DNA from: Eledone cirrhosa
Lineage: Eukaryota
NCBI GenBank assembly: GCA_964016885.1
Contig: OZ024748.1
Coordinates: 25,668,001 to 25,732,000, forward strand
Length of the DNA: 64,000 nt
Reading direction: 5' to 3'
Under the pieces are notes generated by a model. The model was given only the letters and a program-made list of their open reading frames with translations, was not told where the DNA came from and ran no database searches. Of this stretch, positions 53,235 through 64,000 are shown piece by piece. How positions within the stretch are numbered: position 1 is the stretch's first letter; every line of letters begins with the position of its first letter. A program made the translations under genes and the position numbers.

Positions 53235-53705
53235 TCATGACCACCATCACCACCACCACTACCATCCCAACCATCATCATCACTATTACCACTAACATCA
53301 CCATCACTCACACCACCACCATCCCAATCATCATCACCATCACTCACACCACCACCATCCCAATCATCATCACTCTCACTCACACCACCACCATCCCAAT
53401 CATCATCACTCTCACTCACACCACCACCATCCCAATTATCATTACTCTCACTATTACCACCATCACCAACACCACCACCACCACTCACACCACTACCATC
53501 CCAATCATCATCACTCTCACTATTACCACCATCACCACCACCACCACCACCACTCACACCACTACCATCCCAATCATCATCATCATCACTCTCACTATTA
53601 CCACCATCACCAACACCACCACCACCACTCACACAACTACCATCCCAATCATCACCACTCTCACTATTACCACTAACATCACCATCACCACCATCACCAT
53701 CACTA
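53235..53705. repeat. (CAC/CAT)-based triplet minisatellite
   Basis: Higher-order units such as cactcacaccaccaccatcccaatcatcat; source of the Thr/Ile and Gly/Asp ORFs. Confidence 0.92.
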
Positions 53706-54556
53706 TTTGTGGTGACGATGACACAATGTTTTACAAGCTATATTTGACAGTGACATAGGTTGGATGTGCCTGCAGGAGCAGTAGTACTCAATACTACAAT
53801 ATTAATACTCAATACTAGCTTTCAATACTTTCCAAAGTCAGAGTCAGCTAGTTCAAAGTAAGTTTTTCTGAGTCGATATGTAACAAGCATATATAACAAA
53901 TTGTAATCACCATCACCAACATCATTTCATGTCCATTTTTTCCTGCTAGCAAGGGTTAGGCAGGTAGTCACTGACTGAGTCAGTGCTCAATTGGAGCTAC
54001 TGGCCTCTCAGATGGATGGTGGGGGGAGATGGCAGTTCACTTACATATGTCCATGCATTTTACTGAGTACCCTGTCGGCATTTTATCATGGCATCTGCAC
54101 TAAGGAAGTTGTGCTGTTGGCAAGATTTGAACAACCATTTGTGTCATATCATGTTATGTAAGTTCTGGAATAGTGAACCACAATCCTGCACATTAACCTA
54201 AAGTAATAAAAAGGTATCACTCCTATTTCAATGATAAAGATTTTGCGTTGTGAAAGACATATTGTTGTTAAACATATCTATTCCAACACTTCCTTAAAGA
54301 TATAACTGGCATATGAAAATCATCATTATTTTATGTCTCTTTTCCATGATAGCATGGGTTAGACAGGTTGTCATGGTCCGAGTTCAGATGGGTTGAAGTA
54401 ACCCATCTTGCTCATTACATTCCATATTTGTCATGGTTTTTACAGCTAGATACCATTCCTAATAGCAGACACTTTACAGGGTGTACTGGGTGTGTTTCTT
54501 CATACCCTAAACACTTTACAGGGTGTATAAAAATATAAAATAAAATATATAGTACC

Positions 54557-54589
<33 letters not shown>

Positions 54590-57500
54590 TCACTCATGCA
54601 GGTAGAGCAACAAAACCCACTGGCTTGTGGTTTTGAGAAGATAAAATTCTATTGCGGATTTAAATATTTAAAGGCTACAGAAATGAAACTGAACAAAAAA
54701 GAATTCCAATTAGAAAAGTTTAGAATGATAAGAATGTCAAGAGAGTAACAGCTGATAGTGGTGTGGGGGTGGGGTGGAGGTGGGGGTTAATAGAATTCTT
54801 TAATAGCTATAAGAAAATACAAACAAATGAAATATGAAAGTATTTTGAAATCAATTGTATTAATTCAATAGTATTTAATAAAACTATCCCACTGTTTATG
54901 AAGGTCGCTAACCTTTCAGGTCGCTTCTCTGACTTTTAACATAACCTTGATATTTAGTCAAGATTGAAGCTTCAGATTCTTGCAAATAAATATTTTAAAT
55001 TGTTGAGATGATTAATAAAGTTTTTCTATTTAGATATAATTTATAAATGCATAGAATTTTTGAAAACTAGCAAAAAAACACCACTGATTTGAGAAAGTGG
55101 AATTAAGATAAAACTAAGAAAGAATTAATAATTTCACACAGATTTGCTATTTTTGTATTTTTCAATATATGTTGATTTTATCTATCAGTAAAACTTTGCT
55201 AAGTTAACCTAATTCATAATTATTTGCTATATTGAGTAAAATTAATAAACTGACTATACTACTATTGGAAAGAGAATGAAAGAAATAAGGTAAAATGTAA
55301 AGAATATAATAAATTTCTAAATGATTTGTGGATGATAAATGATAACTGTGTCTACATTGTTTGTAATTTTTACTTCTTCAACTAAGAGAAAATATGATTT
55401 TTGTTAGTGATTTCAATTAAAAATGAAAATCAGTTTAAAATATCATTTTTCTCCAGGTGTTTCATGACTAAATAGTTAGCATGAGGTGGTTATTTAGAAA
55501 TTAGATGACCCAGGATTATATACCATAATACAAAAGACCCATCCACAAAATACAAGTACTGGGCACTAAAAGTAAATGTGGTGAGAGTGGAAGCTACAGT
55601 GACTGGCAATTAAACAGAGATAATATAGGATCTAAACTCCCTAATGTTGGAGCCACAATAAAATGAATGCACCCAATCTACCCTATAAAATGGTAGTAGT
55701 ATGCCATGATTAAATACACTCAGTACACTTAGTAAAGTAATAATGCTGATATCACTATAAAAAATCACCCAGTCCACCTTCTAAAATGATGATAGTATTA
55801 GCACCAGGAAAAAGTGTATCTAGTAAGGTGTTTGGTGTTAGGAAGAGCATCTAGTCATCATGCCAAACATGGATGATAATGAGCATGATGAAGCAGCTTC
55901 AATCCATTTGGCCCCAGACTATGACAACCCATCCAACCAATGCCAGGAAAGCAGACATAAAATGATGATGAACACTTAATTTCTAAACACCCTTTATTCA
56001 TAAACTGAATACATAATTGATATAGTTTATGAAAATAATAAAAGAAAGACGGAGTAATTTATTGTTGAATAGAAGTATAAAATGATAGAAGTATTTTTTT
56101 TAAAAAAAGGCATTAAAATAATAAACAGGAGAAAAAAAAAGAGGGAATCAACTAATGAAAGGGAGGAAAGAAAGGGCAAAGTCTACAACACTGTCTGGGC
56201 AGTCTATCTCTGATAAGATGGCAAAAGGGTTGCCCGGAGAACAATCAGCAACACCCACCGAATCAGTCATGGGGCTCTTTTCTCAGATGCAATGCACTCC
56301 CTCTGACTTTACACAGGAAAATATCAATGTTGAGATTGAGGAAGGATACCAGAGGTCTTAACAGTGATCAGTACAAAAAGGAGAGTTGCTCAAGTCGCAG
56401 TTTTTTGGTTATCTTCTGCTCCTTACTGCATTATGGGGCGGCAGTTCCTAGGTGTGTGGCCAAAGTGATAAGATAATGAAATATATAACAACTTCAATTA
56501 AAAACTGAAGTACCGATTATAAAGTTATACAGCAGAGATTTCAGTGATAAACATATGGAGAATGAAGGAGCATCAGATTTCTAATAAAACAACAAAAATA
56601 CTCAGCCAAAGGTGAGAAAGGCGAGATACAGCTGGCAAACAGGTTTTCTATCATAATTAAAGAACACTATAATATCTGCCATGCTTACAATTCAGGTGGT
56701 GGTGGTGGTGGTGATGGTGATGATAAGCATGGGATATTATGAAGATCTCTAATTATGGTGGAAGAAAACATCTGACATTAGTGAGGTAAGCTATTAGATG
56801 AAGCAATGGTGATAAGAAACTTTCAACAGTCATCATTTTCTTTAAGCCACCAGATGACATCACATTTCTGTCTGTCAAAAACACTAACAATGAAAATGAT
56901 TTAATGTAATAATAGTTTTCAATATAAACTATAACATATCTGAGGTCTTCAACAGATGTACAACATATCTGTGAAGATCTTCAACAAATATAAGCTATAT
57001 TTAATTGGTAGAGAAAAATGTAATGGCTGATTTATTTCACCAATATATAACAGAGACTAGTCAAGTTGACATCATCATCACCATTACCATCATTATCATC
57101 ACTATCATCATCATCATCAATTAACATCCACTTTCTCTGCTAGCAAGGGTGGGACAGGTCATCACAGACCAAGTCAGTGCTGAATCAGAGCCACTGGTCC
57201 TGCACTTTACGGAGTGCACAATGCATTATATCATGACACCAGCACTAGGGAGGTCGTCATGACACCACTCAGTGTATAATGGAAGGTTATTGTATGGAAG
57301 TAACTCAGGTTTTACATTCATAGAATGTGAACAAATAAATATATAAAAACTAACATGGAAGATATTTGATTTACTTCATTTTTCTTTTTTGTTTATCTTT
57401 GGGGAGGAGGTTCTGATTTATATAATAACCATCTAAAGGACAACATCTAAGTGTGTTTATATGAATATTTAATTCATGCTTTAATAGCTAGCTTCCAGTT

Positions 57501-57662
57501 TCTTCATGGCTGATCTACAACTTTCACCATGAAAATAGTTATACGGTCATCTTAACCTTGATACCGCCCCCTCCCCAATTAAATGCTTAACTTATAAAAA
57601 AAATGTTCTCACTTTCAATTGAAACAACACAAGGATGGGGAGGGGGAATATGTGTCTTCGCG

Positions 57663-57960
57663 TTTCTATCAGACCTGGTTTCTATCAGACCTGGTTTCTA
57701 TCAGACCTGACTTCTACCAGACCAGAAGAAACTTATACCAGTCCACATTTCTATCAGACCTGGTTTCTATCAGACCTGACTTCTACCAGACCAGAAGAAA
57801 CTTATACCAGTCCACATTTCTATCAGACCTGGTTTCTATCAGACCTGACTTCTACCAGACCAGAAGAAACTTATACCAGTCCACATTTCTACCAGACCTG
57901 GTTTCTATCAAACCTAACTTCAACCAGCCCTAATTTCTACCAGCCTTGATATCTACCAGA
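57663..57960. repeat. 69-bp higher-order repeat built from ~16-bp subunits
   Basis: tttctatcagacctgg-tttctatcagacctga-cttctaccagaccagaagaaa-cttataccagtccaca x3 plus flanking monomers. Confidence 0.92.
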
Positions 57961-58246
57961 CATTCTGGATGTTGCAGCTGTAAAAGCTGTCTAAATATTC
58001 AACTTGTACTTTAAAACATGTTTTTATTTAAATATTATTTTCTGCTGTCTGCACATGGTACTGTTGTTCCTTTGTTAATCTTTTATTATCAACTTCCTGT
58101 CCCTATCAGTTAGGAACAGCAAACATTGCCTCCATATCTCATCAACATTAATACTATATATATAACCCTCTTTCCCCAGCCATTTACATTTTAATATTCT
58201 AAAGAGGGCTTCTATAACCACAGCTTCCTCCAACACACACTCTCTC

Positions 58247-58297
<51 letters not shown>

Positions 58298-58363
58298 GTG
58301 TGTGTATATACATACATACATATATACAAACCTACATACACACACATATATATATATATATAT

Positions 58364-58402
<39 letters not shown>

Positions 58403-58769
58403 CACACATACATATATATATATATATATACATACACATACATATATATACACACATACATATATATATATATACACACACAGACATATATATATATATA
58501 TATATACACACACATATATATACACACATACATATATATATATATACACACACAGACATATATATATATATATATACACACACATACATACATATATATA
58601 TATATACACACACACATACATATATATATACATACATACATATATACACACATACATACATATATATATACATATACACACATACATACATATATATATA
58701 TATACACACATACATACATATATATATATATACACACATACATACATATATATATATATATATACACAC

Positions 58770-58801
<32 letters not shown>

Positions 58802-58851
58802 ATACATATATATATATATATATACACACATACATATATATATATATATAT

Positions 58852-58912
<61 letters not shown>

Positions 58913-59024
58913 CACACACATACATATATATATATATATACACACACATACATATATATATATACACACACATACATATATATATATATACACACACATA
59001 CATATATATATATATACACACATA

Positions 59025-59103
<79 letters not shown>

Positions 59104-59137
59104 CTATATATATATATAACTATATATATATATATAT

Positions 59138-59448
59138 CATCATCATCATCATCAGGTTTAGCGTCCGTGTTCCACGCTTGCATGGGTTTGGACGGGGGGT
59201 TTTCCCCACTTGAGGCAAGAGTGGTTGTCTTGCTCGCATAGGACTGTCTGGCGGGTTTTCTACAGTTGGATGCCCTTCCTAACACCAACCACATTTACAG
59301 TGTGGGGCTGGGAGGTTTTTACCGTGTTGCCTACACGGCCACATTACAGCGTGCACTGTCTGGCGGGTTTTCTACAGCTGGATGCCCTTCCTAACACCAA
59401 CCACATTTACAGTGTGGGGCTGGGAGGTTTTTACCGTGTTGCCTACAC
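59138..59448 (-). mobile_element. Young RTE 3'UTR-derived insertion (duplicated-module variant)
   Basis: Reverse complement of 34690-35000; (CAT)n tail at left; flanks share tatataactatatatatatataactatata (probable long TSD). Confidence 0.9.
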
Positions 59449-59479
59449 ATAGTTATATATATATAACTATATATATATA

Positions 59480-59554
<75 letters not shown>

Positions 59555-59616
59555 ATATATACACACACATACATATATATATATATATACACACACACAC
59601 ATATATACACACACAT

Positions 59617-59915
59617 ACACATCACCCGGTCTGAGTTCAATTCTCAGACCGGGTGATGTGTTGTTTCCTTGAGCAAGACACTTTATTTCACATTGCTCCA
59701 GTTTACTCAGCTGTAGAAATGAGATGATAGGGTCTGGGGTTCCTATCATTCCACTGCAAAGTGGTCGCGGAGGTGCCACGGAAAAAAAGCACCCAGCACT
59801 CACTGTAAATGAGGTTGGTGTTAGGAAGGGCATCCAGCTGTAGAAATCAAGCCAGAATCAGTTCCCGTCCCACCCTTGCAAGCAGGGAAAAGCGGACGTA
59901 AAATGATGATGATGA
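59617..59915 (+). mobile_element. SINE family 2 with RTE-type tail and fold-back 5' end
   Basis: B-box remnant gagttcaattc, core ccttgagcaagacactttatttcac, then ggtgccacgg...cactgtaaatg.ggttggtgttaggaagggcatccagctgtagaaa...ggacgtaaaatgatgatgat. Confidence 0.85.
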
Positions 59916-59918
59916 TAT

Positions 59919-59957
<39 letters not shown>

Positions 59958-60100
59958 TACATATATATATATACACACACATATATATACACACACACAC
60001 ATACATACATATATATATATACACACATACATATATATATATATACACACACATATATATATACACACACACACATATATATATATACACACACGCATAT

Positions 60101-60149
<49 letters not shown>

Positions 60150-60174
60150 TATATATATATATACACACACACAC

Positions 60175-60205
<31 letters not shown>

Positions 60206-60252
60206 TATATATATACACACACATATATATATATATACACACATATATATAT

Positions 60253-60283
<31 letters not shown>

Positions 60284-60308
60284 CACACATATATATACAC
60301 ACACACAC

Positions 60309-60367
<59 letters not shown>

Positions 60368-60414
60368 CACACACATATATATATATATACACACACATAT
60401 ATATATATACAGAC

Positions 60415-60449
<35 letters not shown>

Positions 60450-60512
60450 TATATATATATATAAATACACACACACATATATATATACACACACACACAC
60501 ATATATATATAT

Positions 60513-61801
60513 GGAAGCACGGCCTAGAGTCAAAAGGACTTAAAATTAACCTGGCTAAGACCAAAGTACTAGTTTGTAGGAAAGAAAACAAGGCGGCGGT
60601 CCCTTCTGGGAAATGGTCGTGCTCGGTGTGTAGGAAAGGCGTAGGTAGAAACTCCATTTTATGTCCTAAATGCAAAGTATGGGTGCATAAAAGATGTAGT
60701 GGGATCACAGGTAAGCTAACTAAGAACATAGATTTTACATGTGGCCGGTGCTCTGGTGCAATAAGTAGCAGCAAGTGCCCACAAACTACTAGCTCTTTCA
60801 ATTGCGCAGAGGGTTCTATAGAAATAGTGGACAGCTTCCGTTACCTGGGCGATAAAATCAGCAGTGGGGGAGGGTGCTCTGAAAGTACTGTAGCTAGAGT
60901 CAGAACTGGTTGGAAAAAGTTCAGAGAGCTTATACCACTATTAGCTGCTAAAGGGTTCTCACTAAAAATGAAAGGCAGGTTGTACGATGCCTGCATACGA
61001 ACAGCAATGCTGCATGGCAGTGAGACCTGGGCATTGTGTGCAGAGGATATACGCAGACTAGAGAGGAACGAAGCTTGCATGCTCCGCTGGATGTGTAACA
61101 GTAATATACGTGAACGGCAAAGCATAAACGAACTAAGGAAAAAATTAGAGATAAGAGGGATCAGATGTTGTTTACTCGAGAGAAGGCTACGTTGGTATGG
61201 ACACGTGATGCGCATGAAAGTCGATAGCTGTATAACAAAGTGCAGGGCAATAAAGATAGACGGTAGTCACGGAATAGGCAGACCTAGAAAAACCTGGGAC
61301 GAGCTGATAAACTCCGACATCACACACTTACACCTCTCCAAGACAATGTCACTGGACCGAGACCTTTGGCGGTACTCAGTAACAGAGAAGACCCGCCTTA
61401 CCTAAATATATAGTAAAACCTACTCCAGCCAGTAGGCATCTCTAACAAAATACACCCCGTCCCACCACCCCCACCCCATCCACACCACCCCGTTCTATGT
61501 AAAGTTATGTTGGTGCCGCGCCATCGAGGCCGAAACAAATGAGATCGTGTAGGTGTCACGACAAAAAAACACACAGTCCACGCTGTAATGTGGCCGTGTA
61601 GGCAACACGGTAAAAACCTCCCAGACCCACACTGTAAATGTGGTTGGTGTTAGGAAGGGCATCCAACTGTAGAAAACCTGCCAGACAGTCCTATGCGAGC
61701 AAGACAATCACTCTTGCCTCAAGTGGGACTACCCCCGTCCAAACCCATGCAAGCGTAGAACACGGACGTTAAACGTTGATGATGATGATGATGATGATGA
61801 T
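60513..61801 (+). mobile_element. 5'-truncated RTE-clade LINE: open C-terminal ORF fragment (to 61405), 3'UTR and (GAT)n tail
   Basis: [12 protein letters not shown] ... IVDSFRYLG ... GRLYDACIRTAMLHGSETW ... RRLRWYGHVMRM ... GRPRKTW; about 297 codons without a stop; the N-terminal part of the 509-aa ORF is only microsatellite. Confidence 0.92.
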
Positions 61802-61819
61802 ATATACATACATACATAC

Positions 61820-62347
61820 ATGAAGGCTGCAAACTCTGATAAGAGTACTGCAATCGCTTGTCAGGTTATAGACTTTGGTACACTGTTAGGCTATCGCCAG
61901 TCACACAAACCTGTAACAGACCCTCAACAAGCAATGGCTGTGCTTTGAAGGTTTTTTAAGTGGGGAAAGGCCTTACACTCGACCAATCCCACTCTCTGAA
62001 CATCACAAACACTACCCGAAATGGAGAACTGGTCAACATCATCCGATGCTTCCGAAGCCACAGGCTTTTTTTTCAGAGTTTCCCTCTCTTAGAAAGGTGT
62101 TGTGACAACAACTGGGGACCTTTCACTCCCAGGTTTAAAAAAAAAAAAGGTACTATTTGGATGGCCATTGACTCTTCTGAGTTCCTCCACCCTTTGCCGG
62201 GTCCTGTATTTCATCCCGTAGGGTGTCCAAATATCACCCACCTCACCAAGCTACCTTGGTGGGGTTGTTAGTTTAGTCGCCGACGACCCGACCATGAGAC
62301 AGGTTGTACTGGGTTACATGTTACTAGTAGCACTCGAGAGCAGCCTC

Positions 62348-62350
<3 letters not shown>
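61820..62350 (-). mobile_element. Structured GC-richer non-coding element between microsatellites (possible retrotransposon 5'UTR or non-autonomous element)
   Basis: CpG-containing island with several hairpins and imperfect inverted ends atgaaggctgc / gcagcctcat; bounded by (CATA)n and (GA)n. Strand inferred from the candidate ribozyme fold. Confidence 0.5.
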
Positions 62351-62404
<54 letters not shown>

Positions 62405-62543
62405 TGTAAAATCCCAACCGCTACACACCGCCATCTGGATTTTACACATCTTTATACGCACTCTACATTTCCCCATGTATTGAGCACTCTTATGGTTAGT
62501 GTTCACCTTGGTCTCAGCATTGCATACTCTATTTATTTATATT

Positions 62544-62588
<45 letters not shown>

Positions 62589-63666
62589 GCGTGTGCGTGT
62601 GCGTGTGTGTGTGTATCACTTCCCATCTCTGTCAATCTTTCTCTCATTCATTCTCTGTTCCTCTTTCTATCTCTCATTCACACACACACACACACACACA
62701 AACACTCTCTCTCTCCCCCTTAACACTACACTACTACATGCATCCCTCAATTTATATCATACACAGTCATACACTACCCATCTCTTCATAATCTTATCAG
62801 ATCAACATTCTATACTGAAAACTCTCTCTCCTTCTCTTTCACTATTTTAATCTGTGACAATCTAAGTATGTTTAGTTAAGTTAGTGTTAACATACTTAAT
62901 ACAGGGAGTATTAAAAAAATCTAACCAGAAATAATTATGCAGTGAGAAAAGACAATATTAGTCAGTGACTAAAATTATTTTTAATGCAGTGTGGTGAGAA
63001 GTCTAATTAATATTATCCTCTTTATTCTTCACACATTCTTTCACTGTTTGTTTGTTTTTTGGGGGGTTTTTCATAAAAGGTGTGGCTTTACTATCATTAC
63101 TGAAGGCAAATCCTTTAACTCTTTTGACACCAACCAACCCAAAACTGCCTCTAGTTAGTTCTATGAAACAGAACCTTCCATTTTAAAGTGTTCCTATTTA
63201 AATTAAAACCTTCAGGCATAATTTGATATAAGAACATTTTAAGTTGATAGAAATACCATCTTAATAATTGTTTCTACGTTTGGCAGAAGGCCAGCAATTA
63301 CCCAGTGCATTACTGGTTCTGATTTTAGGCACAAGGCCAACAATTTAAGGGAGGAGAAAGTCAATTAAATTGAACTCAGTATGTTACTGGTACTTTATTT
63401 TATCAACCCCATAAGGATGAAAGGCAAAGCTAATCTTGGTGGAATTTGAACTCAGAATGTAAAGAGCAGAAACAATATACTGCAAAGCATATTTTCTGAC
63501 GCTCTACCAATTACTGCCAATCCACTTAATAATGAAAATCAAAAATTCCAGTAAATCCCTCAAAATTATTCATTAATATAGTGTATTTCATTAGAAATAT
63601 GGTAACGAAAGAGTTGCCAGGAGATATACTCTAAAACAAAAACAAATGAATAATAAAACTAATAAT

Positions 63667-63851
63667 TGTTTCTACTTTAGGCACAAGGCCAGCATTTACC
63701 CAGTGCATTACTGGTACTTTATTTTATCGACCCCGTAAGGATGAAAGGCAAAGTCAACCTCGGCGGGATTTGAACTCAGATCGTAAAGGGACGTAACTAT
63801 GCTGGAAAGCATGGCGTCCGACCCTCTACTGATACTGCCAATCCACCGCCC
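63667..63851 (-). mobile_element. SINE family 1, full length, young, 16-bp TSD
   Basis: TSD taataaaactaataat at 63651-63666 and 63852-63867; A and B boxes intact. Confidence 0.94.
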
Positions 63852-64000
63852 TAATAAAACTAATAATGCAAGAGGTCTTTTTTGTGTTTACTCAACCTGG
63901 TGGAAATAGCAGCAGAATTTTCCTCTACCGCTTTACTAATGGAAGGATCACACTGGGCCGATGTAGTCTTAGATATACATAAGATAATACTATAACATAG

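Larger units (their letters stand above)
58248..60512. repeat. Large compound (TA)n/(CA)n microsatellite field with nested retroelement insertions
   Basis: TA/CA tracts at about 58248-59137, 59449-59620 and 59915-60512. Confidence 0.97.

Noticed and set aside
48423-53758. Pro-, Thr-, Gly- and Val-rich ORFs at 48.4-48.8 kb and 53.2-53.8 kb
   Set aside because: Triplet low-complexity repeats open in several frames on both strands; no splice or homology support.
58075-60533. Many 200-330 aa Y/I/H/T/V/C-rich ORFs
   Set aside because: Translations of (TA)n/(CA)n microsatellites.
62170-62230. Twister ribozyme suggested by CCCGGCAAAGGGTGGAGG on the minus strand
   Set aside because: Lacks the UAA cleavage loop before P2 and the UCCCAAGC-type L4 loop needed for the two pseudoknots.

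Overview
AT-rich, repeat-dense animal genomic DNA. The SINE, RTE and microsatellite content points to a coleoid cephalopod, most likely an octopus (inferred from repeat content only). The whole window lies inside one minus-strand gene, an AGAP1/AGAP3 (centaurin-gamma, CenG1A) orthologue. Six coding exons were mapped by GT-AG boundaries with consistent phases: 39389-39304, 31795-31654, 27026-26892, 19831-19584, 6864-6742 and 1229-1131. They encode most of the GTPase-like domain and the Ser/Thr-rich linker. A candidate 27-nt microexon lies at 3372-3346. The remaining 5' and 3' exons were not found in the window. The introns hold a 5'-truncated R4/Dong-type LINE in (TAA)n, a young RTE-type LINE 3' fragment with a PHD finger inside its RT region, three tRNA-derived SINE families plus many (GAT)n-tailed RTE/SINE remnants, TTAA-flanked MITEs, nested hAT elements, Helitron-like elements and several minisatellites. 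Most long ORFs in the supplied track are repeat artefacts. Most notable: (i) a Penelope-type minimal hammerhead ribozyme motif at about 49217-49271; (ii) a highly structured ~530-bp element with an HDV-ribozyme-like fold at 61820-62350; (iii) two inverted 48-bp minisatellite arrays derived from the RTE 3'UTR module that bracket four exons; (iv) quasi-palindromic minisatellites, one abutting a splice acceptor.
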